Shown: positions 46,764-58,200 of the stretch, in pieces | How the letters are laid out: each line of letters begins with the position of its first letter | How positions within the stretch are numbered: position 1 is the stretch's first letter | Virus record (IMG/VR): IMGVR_UViG_3300025141_015556 | DNA length: 64,000 nucleotides | From: a virus | Direction: 5' to 3' (one strand) | Position numbers and translations under genes: made by a program | Notes under the pieces: generated by a model | Database searches by the model: none | Told to the model about the DNA's origin: nothing | What the model saw: the letters and a program-made list of their open reading frames with translations, nothing else

Positions 46764-47269
46764 AATTCACATGCGGCGCGCGCCACTATAAGGCTGTCCG
46801 CACGATCATAATAGCCGGGTCGAGGATTCCCACTTCTTGTATATTCTACCTTAAAATTGGGTTCCGTGTCAAGTAAAAACTGAAATACTTTCTGTTTTGC
46901 TTTTTCGCCGCGGCGTACGCTTATGCCGCATGTTTTTCTTGCAGATGGCGCAGCAATGTAGTTTGGCTCCATCCCATAAAAACTATACATCAACCATGAG
47001 ACTACGCCATTAAAGCGCGCCAATGTGGAGAGAGTATGAGCAGAAGAAAATCCAGAACGAAACGATTGTAACGATTGTTCAATCCAAATTTCCTGCACCA
47101 CGGTCTGCGTAAATCTTCTATCTTCGAAGTATTTTTTTACAACTTCTATCTTTTTGAAAAAACTTTTATGTTTACGCGTATCTATATGATCGCATACTAA
47201 AATTTCACCATGTTTATTAACTATACTTACACCAGTAATACTTGTACTTACATCTAATCCTAAAAACAT
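46736..47269 (-). CDS. RuvC-like Holliday junction resolvase
   Basis: FLGLDVSTSITGVS, IWIEQ, LARFNG, DRADS acidic tetrad. Confidence 0.8.
   Translation of the reverse strand: MFLGLDVSTSITGVSIVNKHGEILVCDHIDTRKHKSFFKKIEVVKKYFEDRRFTQTVVQEIWIEQSLQSFRSGFSSAHTLSTLARFNGVVSWLMYSFYGMEPNYIAAPSARKTCGISVRRGEKAKQKVFQFLLDTEPNFKVEYTRSGNPRPGYYDRADSLIVARAACELWKKKSLKS
46843..46872 (-). promoter_or_regulatory. sigma70-like promoter (TTGACA-18 nt-TAGAAT) inside the resolvase gene, upstream of primase
   Basis: Minus strand TTGACAcggaacccaattttaaggTAGAAT, about 80 nt before the primase ATG. Confidence 0.6.
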
Positions 47270-48786
47270 TAAATATCCAATTTAAGTTTAAAGACAAAAT
47301 CCCTATTCTCCGTTTTCTTAATTGGTGTAGCGGTTTTTGCTATAGCAATTAAGTTTTTATTTGAATCATATATACCCACTTTAGAAACATATGTTGTCTT
47401 TTGAAAACTTGCTGTAGGATCATTATACGACGAACTGACAATATTTTTAACCGATGCGTTAACATTTTCTCTATAACTATACAGGCCGGTTGTCGGTGAC
47501 ATTGGGGGCGTTAACAAATTGTTTGAATCAAAACTGTGTGATACAAATGTAGGATTATTTGAATAGTTTAGTTCTCCTTTGTTGGCTTTAGCAAACATAG
47601 TAATGGTTTGTAGTCTCGTTGTGCCAGAAAATTCCAACGAAAAAGATGAGCTTACACACGCCTGGGCCAAAGTTACAGGAGAACCGGATATTGGCTGCGC
47701 AAAATATGGCCATCTTGGACTGTCCACAGAACCCTCAACATATTCCTCTGCGTGAGACGCATTTATAGTATCACCAAGAGCATAAGACGAAGTTAATATA
47801 ATAAACCCTTCGTTATATAGAACAATTCCGGCGACACTCCCTGTTCCGATGCCGCCCGGTGGGTTGACCTGTACTAATTCACCATTTCGATTGATATCCT
47901 GCAGTTCTCCAGCAACGGCACCAGAAATATAAAATTTAAGATTTACACTTCCTCTTTTAATCGCGTCGCCATAAAATATAGAAGGAATAGAAAGAAGCCC
48001 AACATTAATAGCGCCAACGCCGCCCAGGAGCGGCAAACCGGTTCGATCATCGTATACGTATGATGGGGTGCTTTGCGCCATTCCGCCCGGGCCACTTTGT
48101 GCGTCCTCGGGGTTGCTAGTAACGGTTGAAGAAGACGCCAACAAATCGCGATCATACAACTCTTTAGAAGATGATACTTCATAATGCCGACTCAAATAGG
48201 TATAGCTATTGAGAACACTTTTAAGCGCGAATAGGTTTGTTACGGTACCGGGTACGATATCAGTTGGGGGTGCCGTTTGGGTGCGCGTCGTTGGCACCTG
48301 CCGAGCCAACGTAGAGGGATAATATTCTTTTGTAATAGAAGCAGAATATGGATAACTAGCAGATATTATAGCCCCATAATCCATTGTATTATATGCCAAA
48401 TTGCTGACAGTATTAAAAGCAATTCTGCTACCATCCTTAACCATAAACGGATAAATAAGACCAGAGTTAACTACATTCTGTTCCGGATTAGGTGAATTGC
48501 CTCCGAATGGTTGCATGTGAATCGCATCCGTTGGAAGGCCCTTGGGCCCTTGCTGGCCGGCGTCTCCTTGCTCGATTGGAGCGCTGCCGGAACGATCAAT
48601 ATTATACTCATAAAGACTTACCGAGCCGGGAGGCACCATTTTTGCTTCTTTGTTATATGCAGAAGCGCTGATGGTGGTTTCGTTGTTATACCAAACACTT
48701 CCACTGTAAATAAAAAATTTTACAGATGGGTAGGTTTTTAAAGTATTGACAAGCTTATCAGTCGGTGCAAACTTATAATAAGGCAT
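47269..48786 (-). CDS. Virion structural protein (baseplate/tail-associated)
   Basis: C-terminal NYSNNPTF...YVSKVGIYDSNKNLIAIAK...KLKLDI; paralogous to the upstream gene. Confidence 0.6.
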   Translation of the reverse strand: MPYYKFAPTDKLVNTLKTYPSVKFFIYSGSVWYNNETTISASAYNKEAKMVPPGSVSLYEYNIDRSGSAPIEQGDAGQQGPKGLPTDAIHMQPFGGNSPNPEQNVVNSGLIYPFMVKDGSRIAFNTVSNLAYNTMDYGAIISASYPYSASITKEYYPSTLARQVPTTRTQTAPPTDIVPGTVTNLFALKSVLNSYTYLSRHYEVSSSKELYDRDLLASSSTVTSNPEDAQSGPGGMAQSTPSYVYDDRTGLPLLGGVGAINVGLLSIPSIFYGDAIKRGSVNLKFYISGAVAGELQDINRNGELVQVNPPGGIGTGSVAGIVLYNEGFIILTSSYALGDTINASHAEEYVEGSVDSPRWPYFAQPISGSPVTLAQACVSSSFSLEFSGTTRLQTITMFAKANKGELNYSNNPTFVSHSFDSNNLLTPPMSPTTGLYSYRENVNASVKNIVSSSYNDPTASFQKTTYVSKVGIYDSNKNLIAIAKTATPIKKTENRDFVFKLKLDI

Positions 48787-48794
48787 CTCATTCC

Positions 48795-49958
48795 TTAATA
48801 ATCCAACCTAACCCTCAAAGTAAATTCAGTGCTCGGGGTCTTCTTGAGGACCTCTCCGTTCTTGAATTCAACAACCATCTGATTATATTCATTAAAAAGG
48901 CCTCCGCCACAAATATAAGAAATCGGCTCATCTTCTGGGTTTTGTTTAACTCTAATGTGACTTCCACCGCCGGCCGATGTGCTCACATATGTTGGATTAG
49001 AAGAATAATTAAATTCTCCATTGTGAACTCGTAAGAAATAAATTGTGGAATTTAATTCCGTTGTATTGTTAAATTGAACATTAGCAATTCTATTTCTCAA
49101 TGAGTCTGCATTCCCTGATATAGAGGCGCTAATAAAAGATGCGCTCACTGATGAAGTCGTATATGTGGTTGTGCTATTCGGTCCAATATAGTTGTCGAGA
49201 TCGACCTCATATCTGCCGGTGGGCCCGGCGCCAGAAGGAAAAGGAAGGTGGAATATGGATGCGCTAATAACGGCAATTCCTGCTTGATAATATAAAAGCC
49301 CATATGGGATCCCGGTACCAGCAGAACTACTATGTAAAAGGGTATACTCCCCGGCTGGCGAGTTCGTCAAATAAGTAGTTGAGCTGCCATCATAAAGAGT
49401 CAAGAAACCATTTCTGCCGCCGCCGGATTCGCCGAGGCCGGATGAAAGTTGTAGACAGGTGCCACCAGTAATAAAAGTAATTTGGAAGGTGCCTTTCTTA
49501 ATCTCATCCTTTGTTAGCAGGCGCGCAAAATTGATGAAATAAACCTCATTTAATTTCCTCCCGCCGGATGCGAGATCCCCATCTTCATCAAAGCGTCGTA
49601 TGGCGCCATTTTCATCATGACCAACCAATATCTGTGCCATCTCGTTATATGTATTAATTTTCTTGGCCTGAACGTTTCTGTATATTCCCGAGGCGCCGAC
49701 GGTGCCAGAAAGGCCAGATCCGGTCGAATACCCCATTGTGATATCAAGAATATGATTCGCCGAAGAACTTAAATAAGGATAGTCGTAAACAGATTGAAAA
49801 ATACCGTGTGAAAAATTCTTAATATTAAAGGAGGTGCCATCTTGGCGATCATACGTTCCAGATAAAATTGTACCGGTAAGTGGAATCGCTTCATGTAACA
49901 TAGACCTTGTGCTTACTATGTCGTCGGGATTAACTGTTTTAAATGTTGAAATTGGCAT
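48795..49958 (-). CDS. Virion structural protein (baseplate/tail-associated), paralogue
   Basis: GLLYYQAGIAVI, EFNYSSNPTY, GLFNEYNQMV, RVRLDY. Confidence 0.6.
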   Translation of the reverse strand: MPISTFKTVNPDDIVSTRSMLHEAIPLTGTILSGTYDRQDGTSFNIKNFSHGIFQSVYDYPYLSSSANHILDITMGYSTGSGLSGTVGASGIYRNVQAKKINTYNEMAQILVGHDENGAIRRFDEDGDLASGGRKLNEVYFINFARLLTKDEIKKGTFQITFITGGTCLQLSSGLGESGGGRNGFLTLYDGSSTTYLTNSPAGEYTLLHSSSAGTGIPYGLLYYQAGIAVISASIFHLPFPSGAGPTGRYEVDLDNYIGPNSTTTYTTSSVSASFISASISGNADSLRNRIANVQFNNTTELNSTIYFLRVHNGEFNYSSNPTYVSTSAGGGSHIRVKQNPEDEPISYICGGGLFNEYNQMVVEFKNGEVLKKTPSTEFTLRVRLDY

Positions 49959-49973
49959 TATTTTTTTCTCTTT

Positions 49974-50891
49974 CTATATTGATCTAACTAGCCTAACTGG
50001 AATATCTAAACGATATCCGGTATATACCCCAGTTACGCGTACGACAGTGTCGATATATTTATACTTACTAGCCTCAAGTTCGGCGCCATCCGAATTCGCA
50101 AGAGCTGCGGTGCCGGTATTACCGATTTGATTGAATAAAGTCACAGAAGTGTTTATTTCACTAGAGGCAAGAATCTTAAAAGCACCTCTAATGCCGCGCG
50201 CGCCTTCAATACTTGAGGCGACTTGAATTCCGGGCGCTATAGATCTTAGCCATGGAATTCCTGATAAGGTATAGGTTGCAATATTATCATCATCTCTAAA
50301 AGACCAATTCGCCTGATTACCCTTTTCATCAGTTATTTTTATCAATCTATCATCCACCTCAATCATAATAGCACTTTCGCGTAGATCTTGATGAAGCCTA
50401 TTCGCCGCAGTCTCATTAATGGTATCTTGGCCTTGATCAAATGCAATTGCATTATCGGTGGCCGAAGGCTGATCACCATTTAGTATTCCGCTCTGTAAGG
50501 AGCCTGCGCCATCCTTATTAAGAGTAAGAACCGTTGTACTATTAACCGGCACTACATATGTATTAAGCGCTTCATAATTCTGATATATTCCTTCTTTAAA
50601 TAATTTCAGTATGGGCAAATATAATAGATCATCGCGATTCATGGTAACCAATCTAGATTTATTGGCAGCACTTTGAGTAAAGGGCTCTAATATGGGAGTC
50701 TGCAAAATTTGTAAATCATAATAGGGAGATCCATTTATATTTAGTCCATCATAGAGTTCATAATTTACTTCACCATCAAACAAAGCGAATTTTTTAACAC
50801 CAAGGCCCTGGCCGGAAGCTAACAGCTCTTTCCCTGTCCTCGTTAACGTCGCATACATAATTATGTCGCCTGAATTGTCTATATAAGCCAT
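49974..50891 (-). CDS. Virion structural protein (baseplate/fibre-attachment N-terminal type)
   Basis: ATLTRTGKELLA...KFALFDGEVNY motif shared with 58509-59510. Confidence 0.6.
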   Translation of the reverse strand: MAYIDNSGDIIMYATLTRTGKELLASGQGLGVKKFALFDGEVNYELYDGLNINGSPYYDLQILQTPILEPFTQSAANKSRLVTMNRDDLLYLPILKLFKEGIYQNYEALNTYVVPVNSTTVLTLNKDGAGSLQSGILNGDQPSATDNAIAFDQGQDTINETAANRLHQDLRESAIMIEVDDRLIKITDEKGNQANWSFRDDDNIATYTLSGIPWLRSIAPGIQVASSIEGARGIRGAFKILASSEINTSVTLFNQIGNTGTAALANSDGAELEASKYKYIDTVVRVTGVYTGYRLDIPVRLVRSI

Positions 50892-50909
50892 ATTTTTTTC
50901 CTCTATATA

Positions 50910-50917
50910 TAAATAGT
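50910..50917 (-). promoter_or_regulatory. Putative late promoter element ACTATTTA
   Basis: Intergenic copy of the recurring motif, before the GAGG RBS. Confidence 0.65.
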
Positions 50918-50936
50918 AATTAATTCAATAACTTCC

Positions 50937-52478
50937 TTAAGGATTGTCTAATCCTCTATTTTTGAATATAATGTTTAAATCCAATTTTTTACCAGTTTTT
51001 TTGCTAGTTACCCTTAATTTAAATATCTTTTCCCAAATTTGATCTACTCCATGAGCGCCTAAAATATTATCACCGGGTGAAACCCCAGTTGCTAATTGCG
51101 TAGGCAATGCAGTGTTTGCCGTGGGCCCCTCGCTAACCATATTTAAATAGGTCTGTTTATAAGATGGTTCTATAAAAATAAATCGTCTTCCGCTTTTAGA
51201 TAACAGTATAGCATCTTCTACAACAAAATTATATGTCTCTATAACAGGATATATTTGTCCATTGTTGTCTACCATCTCGATTTGATAAACTGTGGTTGGG
51301 TTAGAAACATTACCATGAGCATCAATGGCCCTAAAACAATAATAATATTTTCTGTTTGGCGTGATGGCATCTAGATAAGCAGCCAATACGGCCGGGTGTT
51401 CAGGATCACCGGAAATAAATTCTATCGGTTCCGCTATCAAAGAGCCCTCAAAATCCGCATAAGAGTTTGGAGGCCTCGTTGTTCTAAATACTTGATAAAT
51501 ATAGGTTGGGTCATCATTTTTAAATCTAATAGGGTTCATAGTTACAAGTTCATCTATTTCTTCCATCGTTACGTTGGGGGGCGCGCCTGGCATTCCTTGT
51601 GAAATATATATCTCTCTAAACTTTTCTATATCTGATGGTTCTATTTGAATTGGTATTGCGTCAATATTTCCTATTTCTCCGCTAATCAAAAACAATATTT
51701 TATTATTAATATTGCGAAGTGGATAAATGTCGACATTTGGAGGAATAGGGGGATGGTCGGTTACGGTTATTGTATTCCCAATAGAAAATGGCATATCGCC
51801 AATCTGAATGCTCGACATATTCTTAATAACAGCTGTAGTATATAAATCTGGTGTCGGCTCATCGACATTCAAGGCTTGTGCAAGTTGTTGAAAATCAAAT
51901 GCGTTGGTTCCATGGGGCCCTGTAATAAAATTTATCTTGAAGGCATAAGGGTGTGGATCCGCGGGGCCTCCACTGGGTGGGGCAGGGGGGTAGGCGCCCG
52001 AGTGATTATTAAGGCTAATTTCTCTAATTCCCCAAATTACAACCAACTCAGTATCGGTATTTCCGTTGGGGTTCGGTTGTTTAGTCGCTGAAATTTCATA
52101 GCGGCTATTGGTAATGCTAGGATCGGCATCAAAAAAAGCGCCGATATCTGAATTGATCATAGATTCAAGGGTCCGAATATCTAATATCATATCTTTTCTT
52201 AAGCTTGATAAGGGAATAGAGTACTGTGTACCATTGCCCTCTTCAATATCTAGATACCAATTAATTGGCTCATCGCCCAGATCCAGAGGGTTCTCGCCCA
52301 ACGTTGGGGGCTCGAGCATTGGATCGCAGGGGTCATCAATCGGCACACCGCCAGTCCCGCCGCCGCCGGGGGGAACCTCGCCCGGCCCGGGGCCAGGTTC
52401 ACCCTCACCTCCGGGCGTGCCGGTTTCGCCAGGATCTTCTGCTTCTTGTACTTGTTCTGGGACGTCTACTTGTGTCAT
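50937..52478 (-). CDS. Virion protein with fibronectin type III-like domain and Pro/Gly-rich N-terminus
   Basis: YQVFR...YLDAITPNRKYYYCFRAIDAHGNVSNP. Confidence 0.6.
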   Translation of the reverse strand: MTQVDVPEQVQEAEDPGETGTPGGEGEPGPGPGEVPPGGGGTGGVPIDDPCDPMLEPPTLGENPLDLGDEPINWYLDIEEGNGTQYSIPLSSLRKDMILDIRTLESMINSDIGAFFDADPSITNSRYEISATKQPNPNGNTDTELVVIWGIREISLNNHSGAYPPAPPSGGPADPHPYAFKINFITGPHGTNAFDFQQLAQALNVDEPTPDLYTTAVIKNMSSIQIGDMPFSIGNTITVTDHPPIPPNVDIYPLRNINNKILFLISGEIGNIDAIPIQIEPSDIEKFREIYISQGMPGAPPNVTMEEIDELVTMNPIRFKNDDPTYIYQVFRTTRPPNSYADFEGSLIAEPIEFISGDPEHPAVLAAYLDAITPNRKYYYCFRAIDAHGNVSNPTTVYQIEMVDNNGQIYPVIETYNFVVEDAILLSKSGRRFIFIEPSYKQTYLNMVSEGPTANTALPTQLATGVSPGDNILGAHGVDQIWEKIFKLRVTSKKTGKKLDLNIIFKNRGLDNP

Positions 52479-52511
52479 ATTTTACTCTATTTTTCCAAAA
52501 ATCGTGAGTCC

Positions 52512-55280
52512 TTATACCAAAATTTCGAACATCGTGTGGGGAGCCTCCGACATATCAATCCCCAAATTATCCAAGAAGTTTATTAAGTTTTCTCTATATA
52601 CGTCTCCTACAAGCGGCGGCGGGGAAGGCCTATTATCAAAGATGTATATAGCCTCCTCTATTGAGGTGATACGATTTACCCTTTGGGAATATGCTAGTCC
52701 AGTGTACTGCGCTGAGCCCGTCCAGAAGGTGAACGCGTTCTCGGTAGCCGTATTAAAAATCTCGCTGATCCGGTCCCGGACAGCCCATTGTCGTTCGAGG
52801 AGAGCATACAACTCAGCCTGGGTCCCCTCCGGGCCATATGGCTCATCCTTGACGTCTCCGCCCGGCAAAGTTACCAACGTTGGCAGAGGAACATTCCATG
52901 AATCTGGCATAGCGCCGCCATTAATATTGTTGTTTACACCAACGCCGTCCTGAAGCCTTACGAAGACTTGATCGAGACCGACGGACGCGACGCGGCCGAC
53001 CGAGTGGCTCGTGTCGCCCTTGAAAACAAATTTTCCACTTTGGTCCGGATAACCCCATCCAGTATCTTCGGCCTCATTTATATAAATATTGGCATTCAGA
53101 TCTGGTAGAACAAGATCTTGCTCTGTTTCCTTATAGAAGCCTAAAGCGTTTCCAACTGCTTTCCCCTTTCCAAGTTCTTCTGGTGCACGCGGATCCTCAT
53201 AAGAAATCCTATTTCCAACTATCAATTTAATCGTTTTAATATCATATTGATATTTGACGCCATATAATATTTGTGAATCGATATATTCTATAAGATTGGC
53301 ATTGTCATCATTTGGTATATAAAACGTTTGAACCGGAGTGTGTCGATGTATGTCGCTTAACGGAATAGACAGAAGGTCGGTCGGGACTCTGCGCTTTTCA
53401 ATTTTAAACATAAGTGTTTCTGAATAGCAGTCGTCGCCGTTCCAATATTCCTCTATGGTCCTCATCATCTCTTTCCGCAATTGGTTTCCCAAGGTGATCT
53501 CAGACCAGTCCAGATCCGATAAATTAGTATGAATATCCGAGGGGTCCGACTCGTCGATAGCTTGAAATTCGAATATGCCATCGTTGTTGGTGTCTTGGTA
53601 ATATGAAGAATCAACCAAGTATGTGCCACGGGCTCCTTCGTCGTTGAGGCTGTACGATGGCGCCACAAACTCTACACGTTCGGTATTGTACTGGTTATTA
53701 AAGGTACCAAAATTACTGCCACTGGTAAGGTCTAGCCACTTCTTTACCCAATTGTGATAGAAGTCCATCGTCCATAAACTAATTGGCGCTGATCCAAGAG
53801 TTTCCTTTAAAAAGCCTGTACCATCAAGTGAACGAGTTTTGTTAACGGTGCCATCCGGCATATTATTATCAATAGACGCCTCACATGCGATTTGTTGCTC
53901 GGGCGACTCAATCTGATCATTGATGCCCATAAGCCCATCGATATCGACTCGAATTAAATTTGTTATAAAGTGATCCCACAAATTATAATCTTTTAATTTT
54001 TCTCGAAAAATATTATCCCTAGGGGGCGCGCTGTTCGCGAGGCGCTGGGGCATATAGTTAGAAGGAGTATCTGTGCCGCCTAGGCCTATTTGAATTTTTA
54101 TATACATGGGCAAACGATTATAATAAGGCCTTCCGCTATTATCCAAATAGCTCTGGGGTCCTAAAATCGATAAACTACGGGGCCGAATACAAATATTACT
54201 ATATCTTGCGTCAAATATCGCCTGGACGTGGTCAATGGTGGACCCGGGAGCGCCAACGCCCGCCGCCGGAGATGGCGAAGTCGCGGGCGATTCCGAGAGA
54301 GTATTCAAATATACACTAAGTTCATTATAATAGCTCATGCCGGTACCAGAGCCGCCGAGGACATTTCCAGACCAATTAACGCCCCCGTTTAAAGTAATTT
54401 GATCACGATATGCTTCAGGCAGGTCGATATTACCATTGGTGGCCGCTGTTGGATAATACATCATATAATAGTTTGGTAACGCAGTCTCATTTAAACCGCC
54501 GGTGGCGCCGAAGGTCGCGAAGGAAACTTCTTCAAAGTCTTCTTCAAGTGCTGCAATATGATGATTATAAACCATAGAAATATTTTTTATATAATTGAAC
54601 GCCGCATCTTCTGTAAGAGACGGAACAGCAAAGCGCGTAGAAAAATCTTCAAATGTGGCGGTTTGATTAAACAAGGGTGGTATCTCTTCACCTGAATTAA
54701 AGGGTCCCAATATTTGATCATCAGATGTAAACCCAGATACAAAATATTTTTTAATATACGGCCAGCCGCTGCCATCAAGCTGTTTAAGAAGCTCCTCGGC
54801 GGCCAGATTGCTTCCAAAAAGTGGACTATTGATAAGCAACTCTTTCCAGGCATCTTCACGTATGTCAAATTTATATCTTATCTTTTCACTTGCCGATGAT
54901 GACAAAGACAAATCTTCTATGAATGAGATATCTATAATGGGTCCCGTTAATATCGACTGATTAGCGCCCCCACCGACTATATCGATAAAATCGAGATTTT
55001 CAAACATTTTTTCGTATGTTTCGGTTTCGGTATTCCAATAAAAATACCTACCCATCAGGGCTAAAAACTTATCTCTTGTGATGAGGCCGATTCCCGTTCG
55101 CGGTATGCCGATTATACCCTCGGCAAGGCGCGCGGGAGTAGTGCCGGTAGTATCTTCAACAACTCTGCCATCGGGGTACCATAATTTTTTTACACTGGGG
55201 TGGGCGATGCCCGTATTGGTAAGAAAATTTAAATTTCCTCCGACGCGGTGTCTATCCATAAAAAAGATTGTATCGTACAT
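52512..55280 (-). CDS. Large acidic virion protein
   Basis: Start re-placed at MYDTIFF (55280); FKIEKR...YIDSQILYGVKYQY FN3-like segment. Confidence 0.65.
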   Translation of the reverse strand: MYDTIFFMDRHRVGGNLNFLTNTGIAHPSVKKLWYPDGRVVEDTTGTTPARLAEGIIGIPRTGIGLITRDKFLALMGRYFYWNTETETYEKMFENLDFIDIVGGGANQSILTGPIIDISFIEDLSLSSSASEKIRYKFDIREDAWKELLINSPLFGSNLAAEELLKQLDGSGWPYIKKYFVSGFTSDDQILGPFNSGEEIPPLFNQTATFEDFSTRFAVPSLTEDAAFNYIKNISMVYNHHIAALEEDFEEVSFATFGATGGLNETALPNYYMMYYPTAATNGNIDLPEAYRDQITLNGGVNWSGNVLGGSGTGMSYYNELSVYLNTLSESPATSPSPAAGVGAPGSTIDHVQAIFDARYSNICIRPRSLSILGPQSYLDNSGRPYYNRLPMYIKIQIGLGGTDTPSNYMPQRLANSAPPRDNIFREKLKDYNLWDHFITNLIRVDIDGLMGINDQIESPEQQIACEASIDNNMPDGTVNKTRSLDGTGFLKETLGSAPISLWTMDFYHNWVKKWLDLTSGSNFGTFNNQYNTERVEFVAPSYSLNDEGARGTYLVDSSYYQDTNNDGIFEFQAIDESDPSDIHTNLSDLDWSEITLGNQLRKEMMRTIEEYWNGDDCYSETLMFKIEKRRVPTDLLSIPLSDIHRHTPVQTFYIPNDDNANLIEYIDSQILYGVKYQYDIKTIKLIVGNRISYEDPRAPEELGKGKAVGNALGFYKETEQDLVLPDLNANIYINEAEDTGWGYPDQSGKFVFKGDTSHSVGRVASVGLDQVFVRLQDGVGVNNNINGGAMPDSWNVPLPTLVTLPGGDVKDEPYGPEGTQAELYALLERQWAVRDRISEIFNTATENAFTFWTGSAQYTGLAYSQRVNRITSIEEAIYIFDNRPSPPPLVGDVYRENLINFLDNLGIDMSEAPHTMFEILV

Positions 55281-55281
55281 A

Positions 55282-58200
55282 TTAGTAGCCCCCCATGCCT
55301 CCACCGCCACCAGTGCCGCCACCACCAGTGCCACCGCCACCAGTGCGACCTCCACCAGCGGCGCCGGCTCTTCTTGTGGTTATTCTACTCGATGGTCTTG
55401 CGCCCGCGCCGCGGCGGCCCCCGTTGGCAAATGAGCCGCCCGTGCCGGCGCCGGAGTCGGTGCCGAAGCGAGAAGTCCCCGTACGCCTCGGGCGTCTAAA
55501 TGTGCTCATTTTCCGATTCAAAAGTGTTTCGTCCGAGGATAAATATTCAATTGGCACGCCAATGTTTGCTTTATTGACAGTATTCTTTTTCATATTCTTT
55601 TGCAGCGCATTCAAGATATTTTTCAAACTATTGCCCGGCTCAGCCTGCAAGGAAGGATAATATTTAGGCTTTCCGATTACGAATAGCCTATTAAAAGAAG
55701 GAAGTTCATAAACATTTTTACCTTTTATAACTTTATTAGTATCGCGCAATCGACAAATTAAAGCCTGTCTACCCTGACGGGCTCTGTTTAAGTCTCCTTC
55801 ATCTAGCTGTTTCCACATTGGCGCGTTAACAACTGGGCCGTCCATGCCCGTCTCATACCCAATAAGATATTCTACTATCATACAAGAATTATATTTTGAA
55901 TCAAAGTCGAAACTTCCTTTTTCTACTAAGTCGTTCAGATTTAAGTTTAGAGCTGCCGCGGCTGGGGAGGCGCCTATGCTGGATGGATCAACCACAAGAT
56001 TATTATTAAAATCATTTGGTATGCTGTTTATTATCGAATCAACCATGTCTGTATTTAATATTTTATCATCATCGGTCGAAGCGCCTTCAATTTTCACCTC
56101 GTCGTCGCCGGGAATTGAATCTCCCGATGGACCCGAACATGCGGCGGTGCTTGTTTTATCTTCTAAAACAAAATTAGAATCAGCGCCAAAAACGTCTTTA
56201 CTATCAATATACGAAAGACACCCTTGATCTGATTCCAAAACATCTTTTATGTCTACACGAAGAGGTCGTATCGAAATACCATTAAGAGTTAATATATCAC
56301 TTTTAATAGATAAGTCCGATGCATCGTTGAATATATTTTCGCCAACTGGATCAAGTTTATTTTTCAGCAACGGCAACCCATTTTCAAAAGTCATTTCTTG
56401 CCGAGAAATTGTTTTTTGCGGAGTTACAATTGATTCAAGAGAAAGATACCCATTCACATTAATAGACGCCTCGTTAAAGCTTACCCCAGCATAATATTTT
56501 TTTTCCCGAGATATCCTTGCTCTCCATTTTGTATATCCAATAGAAGAAAGGACGCCCGGGCGTTGCTCGAGATCGTTTATATAATTTCGTCCCAAATTTA
56601 ACTGATTTGCATCGTATGCAGAAGAGAATTTATGACTCAGCACAACCGGCACCGGCGTGAAATTTCTTTGCGCACCGTGTATCTTCGAAGAAAAATTTAG
56701 AGTTTCTCCATTGGTCAATGAACAGGTGATTGGCGAAGTGCTTGATATTTGCCTTGTCAGCGTGCTTAATAGTTCCTGCACAATTTTTTCCATTATAAGC
56801 AAACTACTTGGCGTAGCGGATCTAGGATCTGTTAAAATAAGTAAATTTCTTTGCCACTCGTCGATCGATGTTCCTTGGAGTGCTTCACTTCCAAACAAAT
56901 CCAGCGTAACCCCTAAATATGAATTTACAACATCGCTCCAGCTTGTTGTTGTAGTATACAAATAATCTATAATTTTTTTATCAAAAGAATTAGTAGAAGT
57001 ATTAAATCCGGGAGAATATGTAGCCAAACGAACGTAAGAAGTATACTGAGCAAAATCAGAAGAAAGTCTATCGACGGCATCAGTTAGCTTTTTCGAAGAT
57101 TCGTCCGTGTATGTAACATATGCACGATATTGATATAGACCTGTTTTAAACCGGCCGGCCGACAAATCGGACCCAACAAATTGAAAGATTCCGGCCGGAG
57201 TGTTTGTAGATTGTAATTGTTTTAGAGAGCCATCTGTTAATTTGCAAACTAACTCCTCTTTTTGATTCCTATCATAATTGCTTGTTGCCCTTGGAGCGCC
57301 AGCAAGTTCGCTAATTCCCGGCTGCCATCGAACTCTTTTGCGGTATACGTCTATCTCGTGTATTTGTATGGCTTCAGCTAAAGTGGAATTATTATTATAC
57401 AGATAGCTGAATCTTGCGCCATCCCTAGCCACACTTGCCGCGTTAAAAGCAAAGAAGAATTTAACAGCTCCGCCAGCAATTGGACGAGCTCCTTCCTGAT
57501 CGCCGAAGAGGCGAGGCTCTGTACTAAATAAAATAGGAGAAAAATAACTCCTCTGTTTTGTGATGCCGTTTTTAAAAATATTAGATTTTGTTTGGAATCG
57601 ATTTTGTAGTCTCTCATTAATAGATTTATATTTTTTAAATTGAGTAGCCCCATTTTTTTTAAATCTAAGATCTAATATTTTTTTATTTGCAACTTGTTTC
57701 ATATTTAACTTAGAATGGGGACGAGTATGATCATGAGAGGCGCCCGCCATAAAAGAACCGGGGGGCCTCACCCTGGTGCCGGGCAGCAAAGGCGGAGGGC
57801 GATAATAGTGTACCGGGCCGGCCCAAACTTGTCCCGGTGTGCCAGAAATTGAATCTTCCAAAGTAAACAATAACGACGTGCTCGGGGGTTTGCCGCCTCT
57901 AAGTAGGCTTTCGATGCGGGTCTCTCCCATTACAAATCCTAATTTACCCTTTTCATTTGAAAGGCCGGTTGTAAACGATCCATCGTAACAGAAAGAATGT
58001 TTTTGTTGTGGCGCCAAATAGGGAGTTATTAAACATGCCAAATAGCCCTCTTTTGCAATTGATTTTGTCGGAACGCTGGTTTTTACAGACATTTTAACAC
58101 TCTCAATTGCTTCGCCGAGGTCCATGTTTATAATTTCAACATTATTATCTGTTGAGGATTTATCTATCGCATCAAAATCTAGATATATTTTTTTTACATT

